A DNA stretch of 64,000 nucleotides from Clostridia bacterium. Its GTDB lineage: Bacteria; Bacillota; Clostridia; Oscillospirales; CAG-272. Below, piece by piece: positions 54,492 through 63,320 of this stretch (the stretch's first letter is position 1; every line of letters begins with the position of its first letter). Under the pieces are notes generated by a model. It did not search any database. It was not told where the DNA came from and saw only the letters and a list, made by a program, of their open reading frames with translations. The translations under genes were made by a program, and so were the position numbers. The stretch spans positions 39,010-103,009 of the forward strand of contig JAFYBN010000014.1 of assembly GCA_017540175.1 (NCBI GenBank), in the 5' to 3' direction.

Positions 54492-56519
54492 ATGAGCATT
54501 CGCATCACGGAAAACGCATTCTATTCCCTCGAGATCGGCGAACGGGAGGCGCTCCGCTACCGGGTCGGCGGAGGGGACGGGCAGGAAATCCTTTTCCGCT
54601 GGCCCGAGTTCGAAATCGACGGGCACGCAACCGGCGTCCCCTCCGGCCTGCGGGAGACCGGGCGGCGCATGCGCAGCGAAGAGATCGAGGAAATCACCCT
54701 CGAGGGCTCGCTCGGCGGGGATCTGACGCTCAGCATGATCCTGCGCGTATGTGCGAAAACGCCGTTCATCCGTTTCCGCTATGCCCTCTCCTCGTCGTCT
54801 CCGGCGCGCATGACGAAAAAGGCGGGCGAGCATCTGCGCTATCTCTCCTGGTCCGGCGCGAAGGACGCGCGGCGCACAGAGATCCGCCTCTCGACCTATG
54901 ATTTCCTCATGCACTGCTACTGCCCGGAGGAGTTCCCGGCGTTCGAGCGTGAGGACGACCTCATCGGTCCGCTCCTCGCGGAGGAACGCGGGGAGGTCTT
55001 CCTGCTCGCCGCCTATGAGCACGGCTCTATGTATCCGGAGAAATTCGTCGTATTCCGCCGCACCGCGGACGGGATCGCCCTCGAAGCATACCGGGGCAAT
55101 TACCGAAACGCTCAGGCGATCGACCTTGCGCCCTATGAGACGATCTGGCTGCAGGCGGGAGCCGTGAGGGGCACGGAGGACGACCTCGCGCGGGCATACC
55201 GCGAATTTCAGCTCTGTTGGTGCACGCTCAACCGCGAGAGCCGCAAGCCGCATATTTTCTACAACACATGGGCGTATCAGGAGCGGAACCGGTTCTGGGG
55301 CGGGCAGGAATACCTCACGTCCATGAAACAGGAGCGGATCGAAAAGGAGATCGAGATCGCGCACCGGATGGGTGTGGACGTGTTCGTCATCGACACCGGG
55401 TGGTATCAGAAGACCGGGGACTGGGAGACGAACCGTGCGTTCTTCCCGGACGGCATGGAGCACATCCGCGACATGCTCGCAGAGCGCGGCATGAAGCTCG
55501 GCTTATGGTTCGGACCGACCCTGGCGGCGGTGACCAGCGAGGTCCTCAAAAAGAATCCCGGCTGCAAGGCCTCCATAGGCGGGGCGGAGCCGCAGCCGTT
55601 CCGGGTTTGGGAGACCGAGGAGAGCTATTCCATGTGCATGGTCTCCGATTATTGGAAGGACTTCGCCGACCGGCTGATCGAGCTCGCGCGGACTGTCGGC
55701 GTGCGCTATTTCAAATGGGATTCTGTGGATACGGACGGCTGCGACTGCGCGGGGCATCATCACGGGGACGAAAACGATCCGCGCGAGGAACGCCGCGCCT
55801 CCTTCCGTTTTCAGATCGGGCAATACATGTCGAAGGTGGTCGACCGCCTCTGCGAAGCGGTGCCGGACGCCATCGTGGACATGGACATCACGGAGGCGCA
55901 CCGCTATTTCGGGCTCGGCTTCATGTCCTCTGGCAAATTCTTCTCCCTGAACAACGGACCGTATTACAACAGCTGGGGCATTCCGATCCCGGGACATGTC
56001 TGGAGCAACGTCTTCGTCTATCCCGGACCCTCGCGGACGTGGGTCTGCCGTCAGAACCTCGCCTATGACAAATGGTTCCCGTCGGTGCTTATGATGGCGC
56101 ACTATCTCCCCGACGATCCGGCGGACTCGCAGCTCGTCAATCTCGCGTCCCTTGTGCTCGGGCAAAACGGGATCTGGGGCGATCTGCTCCGCGTATCGGA
56201 CGAGGGTCAGACGCTGTTCGGCGAGGTGCTCGGCGTGTACAAGCGCGTGCGGGACGACGTCACGGCGGCGTATCCCGCGGTGTACGGGCGTCCGGGCGAG
56301 ACCTTCGAGGTCCATGAGAAGATCAGTGGCAAAACGGGGAGAGGTCTTGTTTCCGTTTTTGCCAACCAGCCCGGCACGTACCGGTACCGCCTGGCAGCCG
56401 ACGCGAAGGGCGAGCCGACCGTATTCGGTCCGGCGTCCCTCTGCCGCGAAGAGGACGGGCTGTGGATCAAAGCCGATTTTACCGGCGCGGGCGCGGCGAT
56501 TCTGTTCTTCGAGGGGTAA
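54492..56519 (+). CDS. Alpha-galactosidase-like glycoside hydrolase (GH36-like)
   Basis: Start at MSIRITENAF (RBS ggagga). FYNTW...G.DVFVIDTGW...GDW, GMK.GLWF and FKWD motifs. Confidence 0.7.
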   Translation: MSIRITENAFYSLEIGEREALRYRVGGGDGQEILFRWPEFEIDGHATGVPSGLRETGRRMRSEEIEEITLEGSLGGDLTLSMILRVCAKTPFIRFRYALSSSSPARMTKKAGEHLRYLSWSGAKDARRTEIRLSTYDFLMHCYCPEEFPAFEREDDLIGPLLAEERGEVFLLAAYEHGSMYPEKFVVFRRTADGIALEAYRGNYRNAQAIDLAPYETIWLQAGAVRGTEDDLARAYREFQLCWCTLNRESRKPHIFYNTWAYQERNRFWGGQEYLTSMKQERIEKEIEIAHRMGVDVFVIDTGWYQKTGDWETNRAFFPDGMEHIRDMLAERGMKLGLWFGPTLAAVTSEVLKKNPGCKASIGGAEPQPFRVWETEESYSMCMVSDYWKDFADRLIELARTVGVRYFKWDSVDTDGCDCAGHHHGDENDPREERRASFRFQIGQYMSKVVDRLCEAVPDAIVDMDITEAHRYFGLGFMSSGKFFSLNNGPYYNSWGIPIPGHVWSNVFVYPGPSRTWVCRQNLAYDKWFPSVLMMAHYLPDDPADSQLVNLASLVLGQNGIWGDLLRVSDEGQTLFGEVLGVYKRVRDDVTAAYPAVYGRPGETFEVHEKISGKTGRGLVSVFANQPGTYRYRLAADAKGEPTVFGPASLCREEDGLWIKADFTGAGAAILFFEG

Positions 56520-56660
56520 TCCCGGCGCAGGCACGGAACGGCGGGGGCGCCGAAGCGCTCACCGTCCGGGAAACGGTCAGCCGAGGAACCGAGAAACTCG
56601 GGAAATCCGGGAAATCGCGCTCAAATCGTACCCGCGGACAGAAATTTTTTCAAAAAGCCC

Positions 56661-56689
56661 TTGACAAACGCGCCGCGGCGTGATATACT
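56661..56689 (+). promoter_or_regulatory. SigA-type promoter of the tRNA-Leu(UAA)/tRNA-fMet pair
   Basis: TTGACA (56661-56666), 17 nt, TATACT (56684-56689). Confidence 0.65.
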
Positions 56690-56725
56690 ATTCAGGCAAC
56701 AAGGGGAAACCCGAGGGATTTGCGT

Positions 56726-56811
56726 GCCGGAGTGGCGGAATTGGCAGACGCCCGGGACTTAAAATCCCGTGATACGAAAGTATCGTACCGGTTCGAGCCC
56801 GGTGTCCGGCA
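56726..56811 (+). tRNA. tRNA-Leu (anticodon UAA)
   Basis: GCCGGAGTGGCGGAATTGGCAGACGCCCGGGACTTAAAATCCCG...ACCGGTTCGAGCCCGGTGTCCGGCA. Class II. Loop CTTAAAA. One G-G mismatch at 7:66. Confidence 0.85.
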
Positions 56812-56831
56812 TCCCTTGTTCAACTGAATAT

Positions 56832-56906
<75 letters not shown>

Positions 56907-56931
56907 GAGCAGTTGGTAAAATCCAACAAAA

Positions 56932-56970
56932 AATCAGCTCTGATCGTTCAAGATCGGGCTGATTTTTGTT
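56932..56970 (+). terminator. Rho-independent terminator after the tRNA pair
   Basis: Imperfect hairpin aatcagctctgatc-gttcaa-gatcgggctgatt, followed by tttt. Confidence 0.6.
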
Positions 56971-57418
56971 TGTTATTGACGATAATACGGTGTTTGCCTG
57001 CTGTCCCTCACCTCCGGGGTGTGGGCTGACCCATACCGTGACCCATACGCGGAAAGGGCCGGAAAGGACCGGATGTGGGCGGAAACCTCCGGGTGGGAAA
57101 TTGGGCGGGGATTTTGGCGGAATTCGCGGGGACGGGGCGGGAGTGTGCCGGGAGGTTAGAGCGGGAGAAGGAATGATCTATTGCTCGCAGCGGATCGGTT
57201 TACGACGTGGGGCGTTCCCTGCTCTGGCGGGCGGCGGTTTCCTGTGCGCTCTGTGCGGGGCTTTCTTTGATTATGCGGTGTAATCTCTGCCCGGTATGAG
57301 CGTTCTCAATGAACTCCCATTTTTTCGCGAGCAAAGCGGATTCACAAAAAATTCACAAACAGATTTGAAAAACCATGGAGTAAATCCGCCGCTCAAGCGT
57401 CTTTAGATCAGAAGGCTC

Positions 57419-57447
57419 TTGCGAGGCAAAAGCTGATATGCTACAAT
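57419..57447 (+). promoter_or_regulatory. SigA-type promoter upstream of the ECF sigma gene
   Basis: TTGCGA (57419-57424), 17 nt, TACAAT (57442-57447). Confidence 0.45.
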
Positions 57448-57480
57448 TAAAGAAAAAGTAAAAACATTGGATGGCCAGCC

Positions 57481-58059
57481 ATGTTTTCCATTCTGCTTAC
57501 AACTCTCACGGCAGAGGAGCAGAACCGCGTTCTTGCTTTATGGCAGGAAAACGGCGCTGCTCTTGTCTACTATGCCCGAAACGAACTGGAATCACCCGAC
57601 CGTCAGGAGGAGGCGGAAGACATCGTCAGCGAAGCTTTCGCCCGCCTGATGACCCATTACGAACGGTATGGAAACCGAACGGATGAACAGATGAAAGGAC
57701 TCTTATTCCGCATTGTCCATAACCTCTGCGTGAATGAGCACCGCAGACGGAAACGAAACTCCGCTTTTCTTTACGATGAGGAAGATTTACGGAAGGTTTC
57801 ACCGGAAGCCGCCTCCCCGGAACTGTCTCCCGAGGATATCGTGATCTCCGAGGAAAACATCCGTCGGATGAAATCGATCTTCCGCTCCCTTTCCCCAAAA
57901 CAGAAGGAAGTTTTAGAGATGAAGCTGAACGAGGAAATGACGGACGGAGAGATTGCAGGCGAGCTTCATATTTCAAAACGCCTGGTACAGCAGCGTCTTT
58001 GCCGTGCCAGAGAAAATGTCAGAATCAAATGGAAGGAGGGGTCGCATGAACCGCGCTGA
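57481..58059 (+). CDS. RNA polymerase sigma factor, sigma-70 family ECF-like
   Basis: 192 aa. Region 2 (EDIVSEAFARL....Y) and region 4 HTH (LSPKQKEVLEMKLNEEMTDGEIAGELHISKRLVQQRLCRAR). Confidence 0.8.
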   Translation: MFSILLTTLTAEEQNRVLALWQENGAALVYYARNELESPDRQEEAEDIVSEAFARLMTHYERYGNRTDEQMKGLLFRIVHNLCVNEHRRRKRNSAFLYDEEDLRKVSPEAASPELSPEDIVISEENIRRMKSIFRSLSPKQKEVLEMKLNEEMTDGEIAGELHISKRLVQQRLCRARENVRIKWKEGSHEPR

Positions 58060-58750
58060 CAAACTGGATAACCTGCTGACGCTGGCAATTCGGGAAGTGA
58101 TCCGCGAAGACTGGGAGGCAATGACCTCGGTTCCGGACATTCCTCCGGTGAGCGGGCGATGCAGCGCCGAAATGAACAAGGTCTTTTCGGGAAAGAGGAA
58201 GGCAAAAAGCGGCCACGCCGTAAAAAGGATCGTCATCGGCATCCTCGCCGCTCTGTTCGTTCTCGCCATGCTCGGAATGGCGATCCGTCCTGTGCGTGAA
58301 GCGCTTTTCAAGCCGATCCTGACGTGGTACGACACACACTTCGGCGTGCGTTATGAGATCGTAACCGAACCCGACGAACCGCTTCCGACCGTTATTGAAG
58401 AAGTGATCCTCCCCGCGTGGCTGCCGGACGGATGGAGTGCGGAAACAATGGTGTCAACCCCGGGATGCATAATTCATTTTCTTTCCGACGGAACAGGTGA
58501 CGGAATCATCATGGAGCAATATCCGATCGATCCCGGAGAGGAATCGGGATGGTTCGACAATACGGACGTCACCATAGAAACCATAACTCTGAACGGCAGA
58601 ACGGAGGCAATGCTGTTGTCTTATGCGGACGGAATACGCAGTTTAACATGGACGGATCGGTATGAGTTCGTTCTGTCATGGGCAAGCGAACAAGCGGATG
58701 CCGATATTTTGATCCGGATCGCGGAGAGCACGAAGCCATCAAAACAGTAA
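58046..58750 (+). CDS. Anti-sigma factor-like membrane protein (DUF4367-type C-terminal domain)
   Basis: The ATG at 58046 (RBS ggaaggaggg) overlaps the sigma gene by 14 nt. Single TM IVIGILAALFVLAMLGMAI. The extracytoplasmic domain ends ...FVLSWASEQADADILIRIAES. Confidence 0.7.
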   Translation: MNRADKLDNLLTLAIREVIREDWEAMTSVPDIPPVSGRCSAEMNKVFSGKRKAKSGHAVKRIVIGILAALFVLAMLGMAIRPVREALFKPILTWYDTHFGVRYEIVTEPDEPLPTVIEEVILPAWLPDGWSAETMVSTPGCIIHFLSDGTGDGIIMEQYPIDPGEESGWFDNTDVTIETITLNGRTEAMLLSYADGIRSLTWTDRYEFVLSWASEQADADILIRIAESTKPSKQ

Positions 58751-58860
58751 CACCTTATTGAAAAGCGGAAAATCGCATCCATCCACGGCGAACAGACGGC
58801 ATATTCAGCATACATGATTTCACAAGACAATCAACGAATGGTCGAAAAGAGGTACCATAT

Positions 58861-59112
58861 ATGAAAGCAAAACAGGCAGGATTCAGAATAGCAGCCGCGC
58901 TGACAGTAATATTCCTATGCCTTTCGGGATGTCATGGGAAAACGAACTCGGCGGGAACTGCCGAACCGGGCGCGAAAGAACCGTCGGCCGCAAGCTCCGC
59001 TCCCGCGGTCGAAAGTTCCGATCCCGCCGGAGCCGATGTTTTGAGCCATTTCTACACCCGGACCGTATATCCCATGCCCGCGGGATCGATCTGGCTGGCG
59101 GAGCACGAATGA
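58861..59112 (+). CDS. Short lipoprotein (possibly a truncated paralog fragment)
   Basis: 83 aa. Lipobox FLCLSGC and a low-complexity linker. It ends after about 25 structured residues and is followed by 276 nt of non-coding sequence. Confidence 0.45.
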   Translation: MKAKQAGFRIAAALTVIFLCLSGCHGKTNSAGTAEPGAKEPSAASSAPAVESSDPAGADVLSHFYTRTVYPMPAGSIWLAEHE

Positions 59113-59388
59113 TAACGACTCTTTCTTTGCTTGAGCGGTGCAATTTCTGCTCCGCTCGATTTGTTTTCACGCTGCCCCCACCGGCACCCCGCCGATCTTC
59201 GCGTCGCGAATGAGGTACATCGACCGCTTCCCTTCGCGATCCGGCGGATCAAGAAGGACAGCAATCCCTGCGCGTTGCTTTTCCTTTTTCAACGGCGAAA
59301 GTTCTTTCCGGCATGTAACGAAACGGCTTCCCCGAGGGTTATAGAGTTTGAATACCGAACCGTCCGTTCGCAAAGGAGGAAAACTCAG

Positions 59389-60630
59389 ATGAAAAAACGG
59401 ACTCCCGGCATGCTGCCGCTCCTCATCGGTCTCGCTCTGCTCTTATGCGGGTGCGGGAGCGGGCAGGCGTTTATCGAATATCCGGAACAGAATCCCCAGG
59501 GGAACGAAAGCGGTCAAATCGAGAATTACGTCTACGCCCCCGTCGAGGACAAATCTTATCCGTATAACGCGATATCGGGCCCCGAACAGCTGAAATACGA
59601 CGGCGGATCCCTTTATTTCTTCAACGGGAATCCGTCCCCGCATGAAAAAACCGGCGCGACGCTGATGGCGTTTGATCTCGCATCCGGCACGATCCTTCCG
59701 GTTTGTCCGGATCCTCTGTGTTCCCACGACAATCCGGGCTGCCCCTTCTACGGCTTCGACACCTCTTATTACGCCGCGAACGGTTCGATTTATTACCGCA
59801 GGGGATATCACTATCTGGTCTATAACGCCGAAGGCATTCTGATCGACGCGGTCGATCACGCCGACCTTGTCCGATACGACCGTTCAAAGGACAAGCTGAC
59901 CGTTTATGAAGATTACGGCGACGATTTATCATATTCCGCATACAACAGTCAGCTTTATTTCAACGGTTTTCAGTATTATTATGACTACGTTTACGACCCG
60001 GATACGGACAGGCACTACTTCCATATCTGCAGGCGGGACGTCGACTCCGGAAAGGTCGCGGTCCTCGGGGGAGACCTGAATGAGGACGCCGTTTACGAAC
60101 GCTTCCTTTTCGCCCTCGGGTCGCGCATCTACGCGACGGACGGGAAACAGCTCTTCTCCGTCGATCCCGACTGGAACGACCGCCGCGCACTGTTCGAGGG
60201 GGACTTTTCGGGAAAGGTCCTCTGCGACGGGAGCGAGATTTTCTTTGAGAGAACAGTTTCGGGCAGAATAGTCCTCGCAAAAACCGGACTTGACGGAGGA
60301 GGGGTCACGGAGCTCGGGATCGAATGCAGCCGCTGGGTCCTGACCGATCACTATATTTATTATCTCTCCGCCGATCCTTATTTCTCCGGCGGCACGGAGC
60401 TGACCGGGGGCACGGTGTACCGGTGCGATCACGACGGCGGCCGGATCGAAAAGATCTGCGATTTGAACGACGACGGGAGTGACAAGTATTTAAGCAGCCT
60501 GTGCGCCGTCGACAACTATATCTATTGCTTCTTCTACGAATACAGGAACGGCGAGCAGATCTCCTACCGCTCAAAGCTCCTCAGGATCGACGCGTCGACG
60601 GGCGAGATGACATATTACGGGATCAGATAG
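59389..60630 (+). CDS. Lipoprotein, DUF5050-like beta-propeller
   Basis: Start at MKKRTPGMLPLLIGLALLLCGC (RBS aaaggagga). Repeated ..(I/L)YY.....L.R.D.DG.. blades (NGSIYYRRG, SRIYATDGKQLFSVD, DHYIYYLSAD, TVYRCDHDGGRIEKI). Confidence 0.7.
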   Translation: MKKRTPGMLPLLIGLALLLCGCGSGQAFIEYPEQNPQGNESGQIENYVYAPVEDKSYPYNAISGPEQLKYDGGSLYFFNGNPSPHEKTGATLMAFDLASGTILPVCPDPLCSHDNPGCPFYGFDTSYYAANGSIYYRRGYHYLVYNAEGILIDAVDHADLVRYDRSKDKLTVYEDYGDDLSYSAYNSQLYFNGFQYYYDYVYDPDTDRHYFHICRRDVDSGKVAVLGGDLNEDAVYERFLFALGSRIYATDGKQLFSVDPDWNDRRALFEGDFSGKVLCDGSEIFFERTVSGRIVLAKTGLDGGGVTELGIECSRWVLTDHYIYYLSADPYFSGGTELTGGTVYRCDHDGGRIEKICDLNDDGSDKYLSSLCAVDNYIYCFFYEYRNGEQISYRSKLLRIDASTGEMTYYGIR

Positions 60631-60641
60631 GGGGGGGGCGC

Positions 60642-62897
60642 ATGACATTTGAATTACAGAAGTGTCTATCTAAATTATGGAAACCCCTGCTCGTCCTGCT
60701 GGCGATCAACGCCGTCGTCTGTCTGTGGGTGACGCGGGACGACCCGCGCGTTCTGCCCGAGGACAGCGTCACGGATTTCTTCGCCCTGTACGCCGAAAAC
60801 GCCGAGCGGATGGACGAGGAGTACCGTCTCGGCGTCAGCCGAACGAGGCAGGACAGCCGATACGCGCCGGAGGGCTTCTCCGATTTCGAGCTGTTCCGGG
60901 AGGTCTATTCCCGGATCGAATATATCGAGGATTACCGCGGCGAGCTCCAAAAGATCATCGACGACGCGGGGCTGAGGGCGGCCGGGGCGGATGGTTATCA
61001 GAGAAGGGTTTACGAAAACGTGATCTCCCTTTACGCCCGGGCGAAGGACGGGGTTGTCCTCGGGCTCGAATACACGCGGGGGTGGACGTCTTATTTCGGC
61101 TACCGGGCGGGCGATTTTCTGCTGCTGATCCTGCTCGTGTACCTTTCTTCGACTCTGTTCACGCATGAAAAAACCTGCGGTTTTCTGCCCCTTCTGCGCA
61201 GTGTGAAAAACGGAAGGACAAGGACGGCCGCGGCGAAAATCTGTGTCTTGACGGTCGTGACAGCTGCTGTTTTTCTGCTGTTCACGGCGGAGACATGGCT
61301 TTTGTTCCTATTTCGCGTCGGATTCAGCAGCCCCGACAACGGGATCCAGATTTTCGGCGCGCTGAAGCTCTGCCCCTACGTCATGACGGTCGGGCAGTTC
61401 TTTCTGTTGTCGCTCGCTGTCCGGCTGTGCGCCTTTCTCGGCTTCTCCCTCGCCGCGGCGCTTGTCAGCGTCTCGGTTTATAACCCCGTCGCCGAATTCG
61501 TCGCGGGTTCGGCCATGGTCGGGATCAGCCTGCTTCTCTATCTGAGCCGTCCCCTCGATCCGGACGGGCTGCTTTCGAACGTCGGTCTTTTATCCTCGCT
61601 TGAGGTTATCCCTTTATTCGCGCGATACCGCGCGGTGAACTTCTTCGGATATCCCGTGAGTTACCCGACCGTCCTGACCTTGGTATTTGTTCCGGCGCTT
61701 TTGGTTCTTCCCCCAGCGATCATTCTGCGATACAACGTCGGCTCGGGCGTGCTTCCGGATTCGTGGCTGAACCGGATCGACGGGATAACCGGCGCTTTCC
61801 GGGAATTCCTTGAACGCACCCTGCCCCGCGCGCGGCATAAACCCTCCCTGAGCCTTTTCACGGCGGAGACCTATAAAACGCTGTTTCTGCGTCACGCTCT
61901 GCTCTTTGCCGCGATCCTGTTTGCGGCTAAGCTCTTCCTCTCGGCTGCGGCGTACAAGCCGCCCGTTTCCTATTCCGACGCGGTCTACAAGGAGTATATG
62001 CAGATCCTTGCCGGAGAAGCGACCGAGGAAAAACGCCTGTATCTGACCGAGGAAAGGCGTCGGATCAGCGAAATCCTTGAGAGCTTTGAGGAGCTGCAGA
62101 AGCGGTACATAGACGGAGACATGCCGGCCGAGGAATATCAAAAGGTCCTTTCCGATTACAATACCGCGCTCGGCAGGGACTCGGTTCTCTCCCGCGTGGA
62201 GGACCGCCTGATCTATATCGACACGCAGAAGGAAGAAGGGCGCGAGGCGTGGTTCGTTTATGACACCGGATGGAACAAGCTCTTCTTTCAAGATTTTGAC
62301 TGGACGCTGTTCTTCGCGCTTCTCGTTCCCTTCTGCGGGGTATTCGCGTCCGAGTATAACGGAACGTCTTCGTCCTTCGGTTTCGCCGGGATCCTGAGAA
62401 CGACGAAAAACGGCCGCCGGAAAACGCTAACGGACAAGTATCTGTCCGTTATGTGCTTAAGCGCCGTATGGATCGCCCTCTGGACGGCGGCGGATCTGTT
62501 CTTTCTTCTGCGGGCGTATGAGCTGCCGGTGCCGGACGCGCCGCTCTGCTCCCTCGAATCGACGGAAGGTTTCGCGCATGCCCTTACCCTCCGTCAATAC
62601 GGCGTTCTCATGCTTGCCGCGCGGTCGCTTTTGTGGATCGCGTTCGCGGTTCTTGTCTGTTCCCTGTCAGAGGTTCTGAAGAAGCGGATGTCCGTGCTGT
62701 CCGCCGCGGCGATCTTTGCGCTCGTTCCGGAGCTGCTCGTTTATTTCGGACTGACGGCGTTCAGGGGCAGGACCTTCGTCTCTCTCACGCAGGTCACGCC
62801 GACGCTCGTCTCGGGGACGGCGGCGCCGCTGTGTTTGGGAATCTGTGCGGTCGCCGCAGTCTCGGCATATGCCGCCGGGAAATCGTGGGGAAAATAG
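60642..62897 (+). CDS. Polytopic membrane protein made of two ABC-2-permease-like halves
   Basis: Start at MTFELQKCLSKLWKPLLVLLAI (ATG 60642). 751 aa. Each half has TM1, a soluble loop of about 150 aa and 5-6 TMs. The motif GW..(Y/L)F....E(K/Y)......(L/I)(L/R)..KNGR.(R/K)T...K occurs twice. Confidence 0.7.
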   Translation: MTFELQKCLSKLWKPLLVLLAINAVVCLWVTRDDPRVLPEDSVTDFFALYAENAERMDEEYRLGVSRTRQDSRYAPEGFSDFELFREVYSRIEYIEDYRGELQKIIDDAGLRAAGADGYQRRVYENVISLYARAKDGVVLGLEYTRGWTSYFGYRAGDFLLLILLVYLSSTLFTHEKTCGFLPLLRSVKNGRTRTAAAKICVLTVVTAAVFLLFTAETWLLFLFRVGFSSPDNGIQIFGALKLCPYVMTVGQFFLLSLAVRLCAFLGFSLAAALVSVSVYNPVAEFVAGSAMVGISLLLYLSRPLDPDGLLSNVGLLSSLEVIPLFARYRAVNFFGYPVSYPTVLTLVFVPALLVLPPAIILRYNVGSGVLPDSWLNRIDGITGAFREFLERTLPRARHKPSLSLFTAETYKTLFLRHALLFAAILFAAKLFLSAAAYKPPVSYSDAVYKEYMQILAGEATEEKRLYLTEERRRISEILESFEELQKRYIDGDMPAEEYQKVLSDYNTALGRDSVLSRVEDRLIYIDTQKEEGREAWFVYDTGWNKLFFQDFDWTLFFALLVPFCGVFASEYNGTSSSFGFAGILRTTKNGRRKTLTDKYLSVMCLSAVWIALWTAADLFFLLRAYELPVPDAPLCSLESTEGFAHALTLRQYGVLMLAARSLLWIAFAVLVCSLSEVLKKRMSVLSAAAIFALVPELLVYFGLTAFRGRTFVSLTQVTPTLVSGTAAPLCLGICAVAAVSAYAAGKSWGK

Positions 62898-63320
62898 GAA
62901 TACGCGATCCTTTTTCGACGCGCGGGACCGTCTTCGCGCGGGTTATGACCTTCAGCGCGCGCTCCCATCGTCGTTTTTCACGAAAGTACGCTCCTCTTTT
63001 TGTTGATCCGGCTGAATCCGTGTTTTTTTGCCGTGCCCCGAAACATTTCGGTCCGCGGCGCGTATAAAAGATACTGACGGACATTTCGTGATCATACGGG
63101 AAAGACCGCTTACCGGGAACCGATTGCCGCGCGCATTCACGGTCATAAAGGATAAGAAAAATTTCCCTGACAAAACGGATTCCGTGCCTGTCCGCCGTAT
63201 GATCCGGTCCATCTCTGAGAAAGCCGCGGTACGTTATGTTCCGTCGCGCGGATGAAATGGATCAAGCCCGTAGAGACCTCACCGCAGGCGAAAAAAACGG
63301 TTTGATGAAAAGGAGGCCTC

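Noticed and set aside
56966-57283. A 105-aa ORF directly after the tRNA pair.
   Set aside because: It has no RBS, a Gly/Arg/Cys-rich implausible sequence, and it spans the short direct repeats. It is more likely non-coding.
59167-59373. A minus-strand 68-aa ORF (..YLIRDAKIGG..) as an inverted fragment of a DUF5050 paralog.
   Set aside because: The similarity to the C-terminus of the neighbouring lipoprotein (LLRIDASTGE) covers only a few residues, so it is not supportable by eye.
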